Counted from the first letter of the stretch, positions 26,648-40,522 are shown. The stretch is DNA of 64,000 nucleotides from Octopus vulgaris (GCA_951406725.2 OX597830.1:52390001-52454000); one strand, 5' to 3'. Translations and numbers: made by a program. Notes: generated from the letters alone by a model not told the origin.

Positions 26648-26982
26648 ACCTCTATAAGAAATTTATTGTTTCAAGAAAACATTGAATTTGAATTACTTAT
26701 CATTTTTACGATTATAGATAACAACTCGGGATGAAACCTTTGAGCCCGTGACTGGCGCGTGTGAACAATGTCGAGAGAACGTCTGCTATGAATGATATTT
26801 TTTGACACATGACACTTCTAATACGACCGCCAGACGATGAACGAAAAGAAATGAACTACACAACCAGGCTCAATAAAGGAGATCAAGTTATTGGGTGCAA
26901 TTACATACTTGAAGTCAGTGTTGGCAGAAATTTAATCAGCTGGCAAATACACGTTAACTTTTCTAAATTTATGCTCGGACTA

Positions 26983-27136
<154 letters not shown>

Positions 27137-27349
27137 AACATGGATTGATTATTAGCAATTTAACAGATAAGGTCCCTGGTGGGATGCTCTGCGTCAGATT
27201 TCGAAATCCCTGGTGATCTGACTTTGTCCGTAGGGAATGTATCTCCCTTGTCAGTCATTAAGAGAGTGCATTTGTGGCTATTGAGTTCTTTTCACTCTTT
27301 TTTCTGGCAATGCCGGTACTACTTACTACCCCCTGTAACTTTAGTGACA

Positions 27350-27399
<50 letters not shown>

Positions 27400-27404
27400 G
27401 TATG

Positions 27405-27480
<76 letters not shown>

Positions 27481-27481
27481 T

Positions 27482-28336
27482 ATAAGTAAATAAATGGTGT
27501 TGAACGCAGATGTTATTCAAATTCTTTTACTTTCGACATATGTTTCGAAGACAACATTGGTTTTATTCTAAGGGAATAAACGGTGTAAAATGCAATCTTC
27601 TCATCAGGAAAGAAAGAGAGCCTATCTCAATAACAAGACATTATAACAATTAAGATGACTGCCTAAATGATAAACAGAACGTTATTAAGTATTTAAAAAA
27701 AACCGTTAGTAGATTCGACGTCAACGGCAGATACTAGAAAGAGAAGGGGTAAAGAAATAATAAGTAGAGAACAAATAAAGAGGGAAAATGTTCAAAGGCT
27801 TGGAAGTAGATTTCTTCATTGAAGTAAAGTGCAAGTTAAACTAACTGTTCAAACTATAAAGACTGGCAAAATCGCTTATATGTGTTAAAGGTATGTTTCT
27901 GTCTGTGCTTACATTTGTAAGATCGCTCTATAAGTGTGCTAACAAGGGGATTCTTAGAGAATAGAATATGGAAGAGTTCAGAGTTGCAAATGTTACAAAA
28001 TCCTTTTCCCTTATCATAAGGGAAAGATATGGACAGGATGAACCAATCTAACTTAAAATCTTTATTGTTATCTTTAAGATACCAAACCAATTTACTTAGC
28101 CCTGTGCTATGACGTTTACTGCTATCCCTAAATGAAGAATAATAATTGGGAATTCTTTTAGATAGCTGGGAAGAGTGCGCCAATGTAGAAGTAGACATCG
28201 GTACCGCAAGAAATTTTACATTGGTATATAGAATTCTTTATCTTAGAATTAATAGACATAAATTTAATTCTGTTGGGGTTGTCCTCAGAGACCAAAACCA
28301 TGTTTTTATTGCTATTATTATTATTATTATTATTAT

Positions 28337-28395
<59 letters not shown>

Positions 28396-29700
28396 TGTGA
28401 GGGGCTGGAATTAACAAAATTAATGTTGGAACTCCCAGAAAATGAACTTTTATTTAGCACACTGGTAATATAAAAAGATATAATTTGTGAAAGATTCTTT
28501 GTGCTGGAGAAGGCAACTCTAACTATATGAGAATTAATAATTGAATAATATCTAGAATTTTTTGGAAAATTCTTACCAACCACTTCACGGAACTGCAAGG
28601 GAAGATTAGATTTAATTTGCTTTCCATACGGAATAACAAACCAGACAGTATTCCTAGTAACAGTCAAATTGTAAGTGATACTATCTTTAAAGTAAAGATA
28701 GAGTTAAAAAAATGGGCTTAAATAACGCTTTCCTCCCTTACCCCGTAAAGGAATTTTATTATGTTTTGTGTTGTTTACAATATTAGAATTAAAATCACTC
28801 TTCTTATTACAACTAGATTTCTTGTCTGGAAGAGTAGATGAAGGATGAGATTGAGCAGAATCAATGTATGTAACTTTTTCTTTATACCCTGCTTTAACTA
28901 AGGCAGAGTTATAAAATTCTGCCTTGTCGTTAAAAATGTCAACATTGGCGGATAATTTAGATAATCTAAGTGAAATGTTTTTAACTAAATTCTTAGTAAT
29001 TGCCCTAGCGTGATTACTGGATGGACTAATATATTTGAGATTTGTGGAAGGTTTATGGTATGGTAAGTACGAGTTATTTTGTAAATTGAGAGTAATGTCT
29101 AAGAAGTTAGCTTTAGTTAACTCATCGTCAAAAAACGATGTGAAGGCCCATTCTACGAAAAAACCTAACTAATCTATTCTTAACTTTCTGTATTTTTTTA
29201 TTTGAAATGTTTTGGAGGTAAAGCAAGCAATCATCACGATATAGACCTCCACAGATGTCTGGAAAATGGTCGGCCATTTCATAAAGTATATATATATGCC
29301 GACTAAATCAGCAATTTGAGCCGAATCTGAACTTCCCATTAGGACACCGAACACATTGGGAGTATCCTTCCGGACGCACAACTTGTTATCGAACTTAATA
29401 ATTGATTTTTCTAGCAGCCAGTACCACATTAATTTCCTCTCTAGAGAGACCTGCTTTATTGTGTGCGTACCATAGGGCCTTATTAAGTATAATAGGGTTG
29501 ATTGATGAATAAAAGCTAGATATATCAAACTGAATAAATTTAGTGTTAACCTTATTAGTAATAGAAGTAAACCAATCTACAACTTAAAAAGAATTAGTTC
29601 TAGAAAAACTTCAACTAATAGAGAAGTGGAAGTCATACCAACCTAACTAGTACCGCCCTTGATTTTTAGGATATAAACTTCGTGCTTGAAAGTGATCTAA
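27482..29700 (-). mobile_element. Penelope-like retroelement (RT + GIY-YIG), 5'-truncated and decayed, 3' end in (TA)n
   Basis: Minus-strand motifs KFIQFDISSFY, MGSSDSAQIADLVG, GLYRDD, NFLDITLNL..YHKP, SNH..KNISLRLSKLS, IYQCKI..YIG (GIY-YIG) and CNICNSE..CKH; hammerhead in the 3' terminal repeat region. Confidence 0.88.
27530..27612 (-). ncRNA. Type I hammerhead ribozyme in the PLE 3' terminus
   Basis: Minus strand: CUUUC-CUGAUGA-GAAGA...UCUUC-GAA-ACAUAUGU-C-GAAAG; perfect core, stems I and II perfectly paired, palindromic stem III, GUC cleavage site. Confidence 0.85.
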
Positions 29701-29756
29701 GCTAAAACTAAAATTCTATGTTAATTTTGTTCCAAAATCAGTTTCAAAATGACAAG

Positions 29757-30163
29757 ACTCTTTACTCTCTTTTACTCTTTTACTTGTTTCAGTCATGTGA
29801 CTGCGGCCATGCTGGAGCACCGCCTTTAGTCGAGAAAATCGACCCCGGGACTTATTCTTTGTAAGCCCAGTACTTATTCTATCGGTCTCTTTTTGCCGAA
29901 CCGCTAAGTGATGGGGACGTAAACAGACCAGCAATGCTAGGGGACAAACACAGACACACAAACACACACACATATATACATATATAAATATACATATATA
30001 CGACGGGCTTCTTTCAGTTTCCGTCTACCAAATCCACTCACAAGGCATTGGTCGACCCGGGGCTATAGCAGAAGACACTTGCCCAAGATGCCACGCAGTG
30101 GAACTGAACCCGGAACCATGTGATTGGTTAGCAAGCTACTTACCACACAGCCACTCCTGCGCC
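29757..30163 (-). mobile_element. SINE family A, full length
   Basis: As other copies; (CTCTTTTA)n tail on the plus strand. Confidence 0.88.
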
Positions 30164-30491
30164 TATTTTAGTAAATTTTTCTTTATTTCTAAAATTAACT
30201 GGATCGCGAAGACATTGTATTTTAAACGGAAGTACGGTAACGACAGTTAAGATGAATAACATCCGCATCGCTTTTAATGTTTCCAACGAAGAACTACTGC
30301 AAGTCTGTATTTTCAGGACATTCTGGTCTCGAAGACTCACACCAATTAATAAGAATTATGGAATAAAAAAGGTGGTAGGCATAAATCTAAGATCTCAACA
30401 TTTTCATGTATTTTAGCAAAATACTTTGCGTCTTAGTGACGAAAAATAGAGCTTGTTGAGGGTTCAGATCTGTTTGTTTGTTTCTTTTTTT

Positions 30492-30523
<32 letters not shown>

Positions 30524-30678
30524 AATTTCGTTGTTTTTGTAGTTTTCTTGGGGGGTTCTTTTGGTTTTTTTGCTGGTGTTCTTTTTATACTTTTGCACTA
30601 CAGTAATACCGCCAAGTTTAGCATAATAAAGCTTTATAGCAGGGTTAGGGTTAATGTATCACACACTCACACACACAC

Positions 30679-30749
<71 letters not shown>

Positions 30750-31213
30750 AGATAAGACTAGATAGGTCATAACTATGTCACTGAAGTCACTGTGTCATAA
30801 TTTCTCGCAGAGGTCACAGGGTCACAACTAGTCACTCTTTATATCTCAGTTTCGATTCGAACCACGAAACAGGCTGTTGATAAGTAATAATGGTTTCAAA
30901 CAGTGAAAACTTATGGGAGAATATCTAGGAATAACTAAGAAAGAGTGATGCTCATATCTCTCTTTACAATTAATAAAGATTTTGAATTAAGATTTAATTT
31001 AGCGTATTTATTTAAATGTTTCAATTAAATTTAGAATGTTTCCTAAGCTAAAATTACTTATAAAACAATAAATTACTTTCCAACAAGATACTTCTGGGTT
31101 CAGTCCTGCTGCATGGCTCCATGGGCAGGTGTCTTCTGTTATAGCCCACACCGACCAATGCCATGGGAGCGGATTTGGCAGCCAGAAACTGAAAGAAGCC
31201 CATCGTGCACACA

Positions 31214-31252
<39 letters not shown>

Positions 31253-31284
31253 TGTATGTGTGTGTGTGTGCGTGCGTGTGTAGG

Positions 31285-31620
31285 ACCCCTTTTCGGTCAT
31301 GAATGACGACGGGATTGCACCTAGAAAGTTACCCTCCCAGGCACAGGTCCGGGCAAGGTTGTTTATGGAAGGCCAGCAGTCGCCCATGGATACCGGCCTC
31401 CCCTCTCCATGCCACTGATTTCATCCAAAGGAAAGATAAAGGGGGCGATACAGCTTGGCACCTGTGACGTCGCAACTCATTTCTACAGCTGAGTGAACTG
31501 GAACAACGTGAAATAAAATGTCTTGCTCAAAAACACAACACACAGCCCACTCCGGGAACCGAACTCACTACCTCGTTGTTGCGAGCTCGACGCTCTAACC
31601 ACTGAGGCATGCGCCTTCGC
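31285..31620 (-). mobile_element. tRNA-derived SINE related to family C head, with a different tail
   Basis: ctctaaccactgaggcatgcgccttc head and gctgagtgaactggaacaacgtgaaataaaatgtcttgctcaa body. Confidence 0.65.
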
Positions 31621-32275
31621 AGAAACGTCTCGGTATTTATGTTTGTCCTACACCATCATTTCACAATCGGTATCGGTTTCTTTACGCCTACGAAACTTAG
31701 CGGTTTGACAAAAGAGAAGGATATAATAAGTACAAAGCTTTAGAAAACATAAACACTGGGGTTGATTCGTTCGTTTAAAAAAAACAACCTCAAGGCGTTA
31801 CCCCAGTATGGCCGCGGGTCAATGACTAAAATAAGTAAAAGAAGTAAAACGTAAAAGAACAGCAAATAATAATATATATTTTTAATAATTTAGAAATTAG
31901 TAATTAATTAATTTAAAATTATCTAGATGTCTTTGGGTGGGGGTTGGACGAAATTTTAAACTTTTATTGAATATCTTTCATTGATTCTACGCAAACTCAA
32001 TCTAGACTCGTTAACACCAACACACTATTACTATTGTTGTTGTTATTGCTGCTGTTGAGATACCTTCTCTTCTCCCCCAGCCCTTTGCACCAGCGTGGTT
32101 TATTAAATTTAATGATTGTCAATAAGTGACGGGTGATCGCGCATCCGTGCGGGTTAAGGCGATGACTTTAGTCCAAGGGAAATAATTCCCACAAAATGCT
32201 TAGAGTTACTTCCCTTAGATTACTATTTTTTTTAGTTTCATTTGGAAGATTTGTTAATGCTTTCGTTTCCAGCAG

Positions 32276-32283
32276 CAGTACTG

Positions 32284-32322
<39 letters not shown>

Positions 32323-32323
32323 A

Positions 32324-32378
<55 letters not shown>

Positions 32379-32459
32379 TGTGGTGGTGGTGGTGGTGGTG
32401 ATGGTGGTAGTAGTAGTAGTAGTAATAGTAGTAGTAGTTGTAGTGGTAGTAGTAGTAGT

Positions 32460-32491
<32 letters not shown>

Positions 32492-32564
32492 AGTAGTAGT
32501 AGTAGTGGTGGTGATGGTGGTAGTAGTAGTAGTAGTAGTAATAGTAGTAGTGGTGGTAGTGCTG

Positions 32565-32632
<68 letters not shown>

Positions 32633-32642
32633 GGTGGTGGTG

Positions 32643-32689
<47 letters not shown>

Positions 32690-32702
32690 TGGAGGAGGAG
32701 GA
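32276..32702. repeat. (GTA)n/(GTG)n microsatellite
   Basis: Directly visible. Confidence 0.95.
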
Positions 32703-33107
32703 ATTTAGTCCCAGGTCAACAACAATCTAGCTGTGCTCTCATCAGACGTGTTCCAGCCATGACCAGCACTGTGAATTCAGGATTGCGTTGCCAAGAGCAA
32801 TGTGATCTTCCCTTATTTCAAAAAAACAAGGAGTGATTTGAGTGCTATTTGGCTGCTATTTCTGCCAGCTGGAGGTACAGTATAGAGCTCTACTGCTCCC
32901 CTTCTTTAGTGTTGTGGGTGGGGCTGAGGTAGAACTGTATGGCCTGTTGTTATCAACCCTTATCAAGCAGGCCTATGAACCAATGGCATTCCACCAATGA
33001 CCATCCCCTCTTTACCCAACTTGCCTTTTCTAAAGGCGGCATGGCGTAATTTGAGGGTGACATTACTGCTATTTCTAGCAGAGCGATCGATCTCGTAACG
33101 TACCTCT

Positions 33108-33340
33108 TATTTCTTTATTGCCCACAAGGGGCTAAACACAGAGAGGACAAACAAGGACAGACAAAGGGATTAAGTCGATTACATCGACCCCAGCGTGTAA
33201 CTGGTACTTATTTACTCGACCCCGAAAGGATGAAAGACAAAGTCGACCTCGGCGGAATTTGAACTCAGAACGTAGCGGCAGACGAAATACCGCTAAGCAT
33301 TTCGCCCGGCGTGCTAACGTTTCTGCCAGCTCGCCGCCTT
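33108..33340 (-). mobile_element. SINE family B, full length with TSD
   Basis: Near-identical to 1079-1310; flanks CTCGTAAC(G/A)TACCTCT at 33092-33107 and 33345-33360. Confidence 0.88.
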
Positions 33341-33641
33341 CTACCTCGTAACATACCTCTGTTGGGTAGGAGCAACAGAAGTCAACACAGGAACCCCAGT
33401 CCGTTATTCATTCAGCACCTACCGCTCTCGTTTATTACCAGGTGTCATAATTAGGGCCCACACAACAGTTAATACAATGTAGGAGTGATTAGGGGATAGA
33501 GTACACATTTCTACGTTGCTGTGTCCTACATTTTGACAGAAGACCTACTCATACCATCACCACTAACCTCAATCCACCCACTCCTGTTAGGTTTCTAGGT
33601 TATCATTACGCGAGCAGATCATGCTCTTTCAATCTCTCTCA

Positions 33642-33684
<43 letters not shown>

Positions 33685-33747
33685 CACATACACATATATG
33701 TATGTATACGTATACACACACACATACACGCACACACACACACACAC

Positions 33748-33787
<40 letters not shown>

Positions 33788-33815
33788 CTATTTCTTTACT
33801 GCCCACAAGGGGCTA

Positions 33816-33859
<44 letters not shown>

Positions 33860-33939
33860 TCCCGGGTTGAGTCGGGGTTAACCACAGTAAATAAGGTACT
33901 CAATACATAGCAGAGTAAATTAATTTATTATATAGAAGG

Positions 33940-33990
33940 AGCTTCTACAGGACTAGAACTGTTTCATTCAAAAGAAATCATCAGGAAGCT
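33940..33990 (-). ncRNA. Type I hammerhead ribozyme (left arm of palindrome)
   Basis: Minus strand: AGCUUC-CUGAUGA-uUUC-UUUU-GAAu-GAA-ACAG-UUCUAGUC-CUGU-A-GAAGCU; perfect 6-bp stem I, GUA site. Confidence 0.75.
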
Positions 33991-34032
33991 AATTGACAAG
34001 AGTTGTAAATGCCAAAACAACTCTTGTCAATT

Positions 34033-34082
34033 AGCTTCCTGATGATTTCTTTTGAATGAAACAGTTCTAGTCCTGTAAAGCT
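34033..34082 (+). ncRNA. Type I hammerhead ribozyme (right arm, 1-nt deletion in stem I)
   Basis: AGCUUC-CUGAUGA...GAA-ACAG..CUGU-A-AAGCU; identical to the left arm except for the lost G. Confidence 0.65.
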
Positions 34083-34087
34083 CCTTC

Positions 34088-34145
<58 letters not shown>

Positions 34146-34179
34146 GCTTTGGACAATATGCACAAGTACCACTGTCAAT

Positions 34180-35835
34180 GGATGTCAAATAGAAATAATA
34201 CCACAAAACACAATTTTTTGAAGTCCAGAAATCCATGCCAATCTCAAACTGAGGCAAATGAAAGAGATATGGTGACAAAAGGAAGGCTCAAAATTTGGAG
34301 GATGCTACGGATAGATGTGACTTCAGGTCTTCTATCAGAACTTAAAGGGTGTTTTTGGACCTGTGTCTGGTGGCTCAACGCCCATACTTTTAACCGAGGG
34401 TAACCTTCTGACAGATAAAAAGATCACGGTGTGCTGAGCAGAGCATTTTTCAAATGTTCTGAATATGGACTCAGTTGTTGATGAAGAACAGATCATCATC
34501 CTCCCACAAAGGCCTGTCCTTGAAGAACTGTCAGTTGCTCCATCAGATGCTGAAATATAAAAATGGCCATAAAATAGCTCACGAATGAAAAGTCGTCTGG
34601 AAACGATGACATCCCAGCTGAGATATATAAATGTGGTAGCAGTCTCCTGCTGAACAAGTTATGTGAACTCTTCTCCTTAATCTGGGAATCAGGATCATCC
34701 CACAAGAGTTTAAAGAAATCTTCTATTGTCCATCTTTATAAGCACAAAGGTAACAAGTGTAACAGTCATAGGGGTATCTCCCTTTTGTGTGTTGCTTGGA
34801 AGAGCATTGAAAGGGTTATCGTAAATAGACTAAATGATGCCCTTCGTAACTTAGTGTTGTCTGAATCTTAGTCTGGGTTTTGGACTGGTAGAAGCACAGT
34901 GGATATGAATTTTAGCCTAAGACAACTGCAGGAAATGGCTTGTGAACACAACCGAGACGTAGGTCTAACTAAAGCTTCCAACACCGTATCTAGGGATGCT
35001 CTTTGAGTTGTCCTTAGAAATCTAGGTGTTCCAGAAAAGATACTCAACGTCATAACTTTTTTCCATCAAGAGATGATGACTTCTGTCAGATCTAGCGGGG
35101 AAGTGTCCGATTCATTCACAGTCTCAAATGGGACAAAACAAGGCTGTGTTCTTGCACCACTCTTATTTACTTTGTATTTCTCCGCCATGTAGGAAACAGC
35201 ATTCGAAGGTGTTAAAGAAAGAGTAAAGTTTGAGCACAGAACTGGTGATGACTTGTTCAACCAACAGCGCTTCAAAGCAAAAAACTAAGACTTTGATGCA
35301 AACAGTTCGAGATTTGCTCTTCGCAGACGATTGTGCACTTGTAGCACACATTCTTGAAGTGATGCAGTGGATTCTAAACAACTCGCATGCATCGAAGGCT
35401 TTTGGTCTGACCATCAGCATCATGAAAACGGAGCTTGTCCATCAGCCCATTTGTGACCATCTTCCCGCTTTTGCTCCTCCTTTATACGTTAACGGGAAAC
35501 CATTAAAAACTGTTTTCTCCTTCACTTATCTTGATTCCATTGTGTCCAATGATGCGAAGATGGATAAAGATATCGAGTCCAGAATCGGGAAGGCAAGCTC
35601 TGCTTTCGGTAAGGAACAACCACTACGTATTATTGAAGGTGAAGGTTAATGTATAATGCATTATGGTGCTGAATCTTGGACTTACTATCGAACGCATATC
35701 AACCAGATGTGATGCTTGCGTACTATCTCCACCATAAAACCCAGTGACCATATTCATAACAGTGAGGTACGAACAAAATGCAACATATCAGGTATTGAAG
35801 CTAACCTCATCAAAATACAGCTGAGATGGTGCGAG
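34180..35835 (+). mobile_element. Decayed RTE (BovB-like) LINE, RT region
   Basis: KSSGNDDIPAEIYKCG, RGISLL, GTKQGCVLAPLLF, LLFADDCALVAH, FGLTISIMKTE, FTYLDSIVS..RIGKASSAFG, YGAESWT and QLRW with stops and frameshifts. Confidence 0.9.
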
Positions 35836-35897
35836 AAAATGGTTAAACAATAGTTATTTTAGATAAGATATAAAATAGAGAGTGAAGTGGAAGAATG

Positions 35898-35996
<99 letters not shown>

Positions 35997-36377
35997 CGAG
36001 CTTTCAGTTTCCGTCTACAAAAACCGACCGCTCACGAGGCTTTGGTTGATCCCAGGCTACAGCTGAAGACACTTGCCCGAAGTGTCATACAGTGGGACTG
36101 AACCCAGAACCATGGTATCTGAGCAATACCATCAGGCAATCAGAAGCTGTGTGATGTGACCAGTACCTTTCATGAGAGGAAATTTGGGCGTTTATGAAGT
36201 GGTCGGAAGTGGTCAAAATGATTGCAGCGGGTGTGTTGTAAGGGGCACAACTCTTTCCAAAAATCACTTCGTCAGCATGTGCTGTCTCCCCTGGATTATC
36301 GTCTCAAAAATCATGAAAGAAAAGTCAGAAGAAAAAATATAGTATTCGTCAGATAGTGTGTATATATAAATCTATAT

Positions 36378-36443
<66 letters not shown>

Positions 36444-36869
36444 ATGTATGAATATATATATATATACACACACACAAATATGTAAATTAGACTTTCCACT
36501 ACTATCTGCAACTAATTTATCACTAATATATATGTTTTAGATTAATTTTCTATGCCAGTAGGAAACTGAGCAGGGAACGTTTTCTCTGAAGAGCGATGCC
36601 ACACCGCAAATCGGTCTGTCGGGAGACTCCTTGCAATATGTGTGTGTGTGTGGATGGGTGGATGGATGGATGGATGGATACGTAAGTACATTTGTATTTA
36701 CATACAAAGTCGATTAATCTGTAAACATTTGAAGAGATTATCTATGTAGGTTTACCTTTTCTTGTCTCCTTTTAAATCGGCGTATTCATGTGAGTCTTTT
36801 ACAAAATTTATGGATACATTCACCTTATTTTGTATCCAAGATACGTTATCGATTGCAATTATTTCTAAA

Positions 36870-37386
36870 CTAGCAGTATCGCCCGGCGTTGCTCGGGTTT
36901 GTAAGGGAAATAACTATATAAGCATTTTTAGAGAGTTACTTCCCTTATAGATGCCAATTCGGGCTTTCTTAGCCATTTCTGTTTTGGTGTCTTCAAGCCA
37001 TGAAGTCGTTGTTCTAAAAGAACGCTGGTCTCCTTGACAACGCTTTACGACGTTGATTTCTTTACACTCCCTTCCCCACAGCTTCACGAGGGAGGGAAGA
37101 AGGGGGAGAAGCAAACAGGTGCAGGTGTGACCATGGACGCCAACTCCGCCGCCATCGACACACGAAAAATTATGCATTAAAATGGAATAAAAAATGATGT
37201 TAAATTATTTTTAAAATCGTAGACTCATCGTTGACGCGCGCTTGATATGAAGCAGAGGGGCTTGATATGAATCACGACTATAAGATACCCGAATTTGGTT
37301 AAACTGCACCGCAAAATGTGGGAGTAGTTAGGAATCTAAATCGAAGGGGACAGACACTCACACAACTACAGTTTTATATATATAGA
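36870..37386 (-). mobile_element. Non-autonomous Helitron (11691 family with extra internal segment)
   Basis: A|CTAG start and GA|T end on the plus strand; shares both ends with 11691-12060. Confidence 0.85.
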
Positions 37387-37785
37387 TTTCCAGACAAATA
37401 TTGCCTTTTCAATGTAGCAGAAGGGATTTTAAGAAGCGTTTGATGAACAGCAACATTTGGTGTGCTGCCTGTTATGTTCATAATGACCAGATTCATATTG
37501 GTATTTATTCTCAATCACTTTTATTAATCTGGAACATTCGTATTTACATATGTACAACGGCTGAACAAATATAACAGCGTTTAATAGCTATCGAATGGAA
37601 TAATTTTCACTGCTTAATGTGCTAAATTATTGATTTCAAAATTTGGCACAATGCCAGCAATTTGGTGGGTGGGTGGCGAGTAAAGGTTCTTGGAAGATTA
37701 AGCAAGTCGTCCTTACTCTGGGACAATAAATGAAGGGACAACATCCTAAGAGTAGTAAGAATGTAAGGAGCAGTATCTGTCAGAA

Positions 37786-37821
<36 letters not shown>

Positions 37822-38353
37822 AAAGCAGTTTGATTCGGTTCCGTGCGGCTTCACGCATCGCTGGCTACTAACGGGAGCCAGTCTCTTTCATGCTTTGGAT
37901 TGCCGAATGAAGAGCTACAGGAAGTCCAAGATGGCTACAGGTTATATATATATATATACTAGGCAAGAAGTTGAACATTTTTTTGCCGATGACACTCCCC
38001 GGACCCTAAGTAAGACATGTGTAAAATTTGAATGGAATTGGTTGTGTAGTTATCAAGTTTTAGGGAACACAGACACACAGACAGACAGACAGACAGACAG
38101 ACATCCTCAGTTTTATATATATAAAGATATACACACATAAATATATATACGTATATCAAAACATTAGACTGCCGCTGTGCTGGGGATCGGCCTTGAAGAA
38201 TTTTAATCAAATGAATCGACTCCAGTAATTATATTTTTTTAAACATGCTACTAATTCTATCGGGCGCTTTTATCGAATCTCTAAGTTACGTAGATGTACA
38301 TACACAAACACCAGTGTTCAAGAGGTAATCAAAGACAAATACAGGTACAAAGT

Positions 38354-38384
<31 letters not shown>

Positions 38385-38386
38385 AC

Positions 38387-38472
<86 letters not shown>

Positions 38473-38475
<3 letters not shown>

Positions 38476-39090
38476 GGTGCAGTGAATATATTGTCTAAAT
38501 TACGCAAAAATCCAAATAACACTGGCATCTCATTTTAACAGATACATTTACCAAAATTACATAGAAATATCTTGAAATACTAAAGAACAAATTTATACAA
38601 TGAAACCGCCATTGGCTTCAACTGCAGCCTCCGGACAACTTCAGAATCTGCTGCAACTCTTCTGGATGGTCCCCTTGTTTAAGTTGGTGAATGCTGTCAT
38701 AATCCTTACCTCCAGTTCATCTTTGGTGTTACATGGAGTTTTGTTGGTCTCCCGTTCGACTGCGCCCCACACATAATAATTAAATGGTTTGCAGTCTGGG
38801 GAGTTAGGTGGCCAGATGTTAGGGGTGATGTGGTCGCAGCAATTGTCTGACAGCCTCGACTGGGTTCTCCTGCTTGTGTGGCATGGTGCAAAGTCCTGTT
38901 GTCAAACATAGGATCTTCCAGTAGTTTACCCCCTTGACCCAAGGCAGCACTATCTCCTCCAGGCACTTGATGTAGGACCCTGCGTGGGAAAATAAATAGA
39001 GGCATAACATCACCATCACTAGTGATCGCTCCAAACACCATGATGTTGACTGGATGTTTGATTTTTATCACTCTCGGTACATGTCCTCAG
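38473..39090 (-). mobile_element. Tc1/mariner (maT/DD37D-like) transposase 3' fragment with one terminus
   Basis: Minus strand: HPVNIMVFGAITSDG, YIKCLEEIVLPWVK, QDFAPCHT (QQDSAP-like), WPPNSPDCKP..YYVWG and EANGGFI; CAGGGTG terminus at 38473. Confidence 0.85.
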
Positions 39091-39415
39091 ACTGACACCC
39101 AACCACTGAAATAACTTATTTCGGATATATTGATTTTATAGATTACAAAATTACTCTTCTTATAACTTTCTCATACCTCTGTTTATATTTTATCTAATAT
39201 GAATAATATAATGCATCTAATATTATTAATAATAATTGATTATTGTGTATGTTTATAAATATAAATATGTATGTACATTTAAGTGTGTATATAAGTATTT
39301 ATATATATTTATATATGTATGCATATGTATATGTATAAGTATGTAAATGTGTGTGTGTATCTATTTATTTTATATTTATATTTATTTATTTATAACTTAA
39401 CCATATGTACTTTAT

Positions 39416-39547
39416 AAAATCTCTGACGAAGCCTAAAGAAACATCCAAGTACCTCAATTTTATCTACTTATTACTTCAGTCTACTGGAGGAATAAAGGTA
39501 GAATGAGGTATTTTTGCCTCTTGGCTGAAACAGCTGTAAGTTATTTT
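39416..39547 (+). ncRNA. Type I hammerhead ribozyme-like fold with extended stem II
   Basis: CUGACGA (39423-29), AGCC...GGCU with inner UACCUCA/UGAGGUA helix, GAA-ACAGCUGU-A; stem I short. Confidence 0.65.
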
Positions 39548-39742
39548 CCCAATTTATATTCTTGTATGTTATATTGTAATAATTACTGGTATCTTCATAT
39601 ATTAATATATTTTACATGTAAATATGTTATACATGTATGTATTTTCTTGTAATTGTCATTTTAGTAAATAAATAAATAAGTTGACATAATATAATGTCTA
39701 AAAGTTGATGAACCACCTATTGATCCCCTCCATTTTCTTATT

Positions 39743-39836
<94 letters not shown>

Positions 39837-39839
<3 letters not shown>

Positions 39840-40037
39840 AGAGTTTACAAAAAAAACAAAAGACAAAGACAGGTGGTGTACAAAACAAACAGATGTATTA
39901 GTATAACGCTCAGGAATAGAAAAAGTCTTTTACGTTTCGAGCCTACGCTCTTCTACAGAAAGGGACACAGAAAAAAACAAGGAGAGAAACAAGGAGAGAA
40001 GAAAATATATATATATATTATCGGCACTCTTCGGACG

Positions 40038-40132
<95 letters not shown>

Positions 40133-40323
40133 AGACTAATGTAAACAACAGTTTGCAATGTTTCACCAAAAAGGAGAATTACAAGTGTCACTAAATGCGA
40201 CTAGGGTATTAGGAGACACCTATATTACTAGAAATAAGAGCTAAACCACCCTAATACTGTAGTTAACGCACATGAATGAAAACTTATACACTATCAGGGA
40301 CAGTAATCGTCCGAAGAGTGCCG

Positions 40324-40360
<37 letters not shown>

Positions 40361-40522
40361 TTCTCTCCTTGTTTCTCACCTTGTTTTTTTTCTGTGTCCC
40401 TTTCTGTAGAAGAGCATAGGCTCGAAACGAAAAAGACTTTTTCTATTCCTGAGCGTTATACTAATACATCTGTTTGTTTTGTACACCACCTGTCTTTGTC
40501 TTTTGTCTTTTTCGTAAGCTCT

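Noticed and set aside
30765-30840. Cluster of GTCA(C/T) motifs resembling nuclear-receptor half sites
   Set aside because: Indistinguishable from a short decayed tandem repeat without functional data.
36582-36625. CTGAAGA-GCG...CGC-AAA hammerhead-like motif
   Set aside because: Catalytic G12 is missing and stem III does not pair; relic at most.
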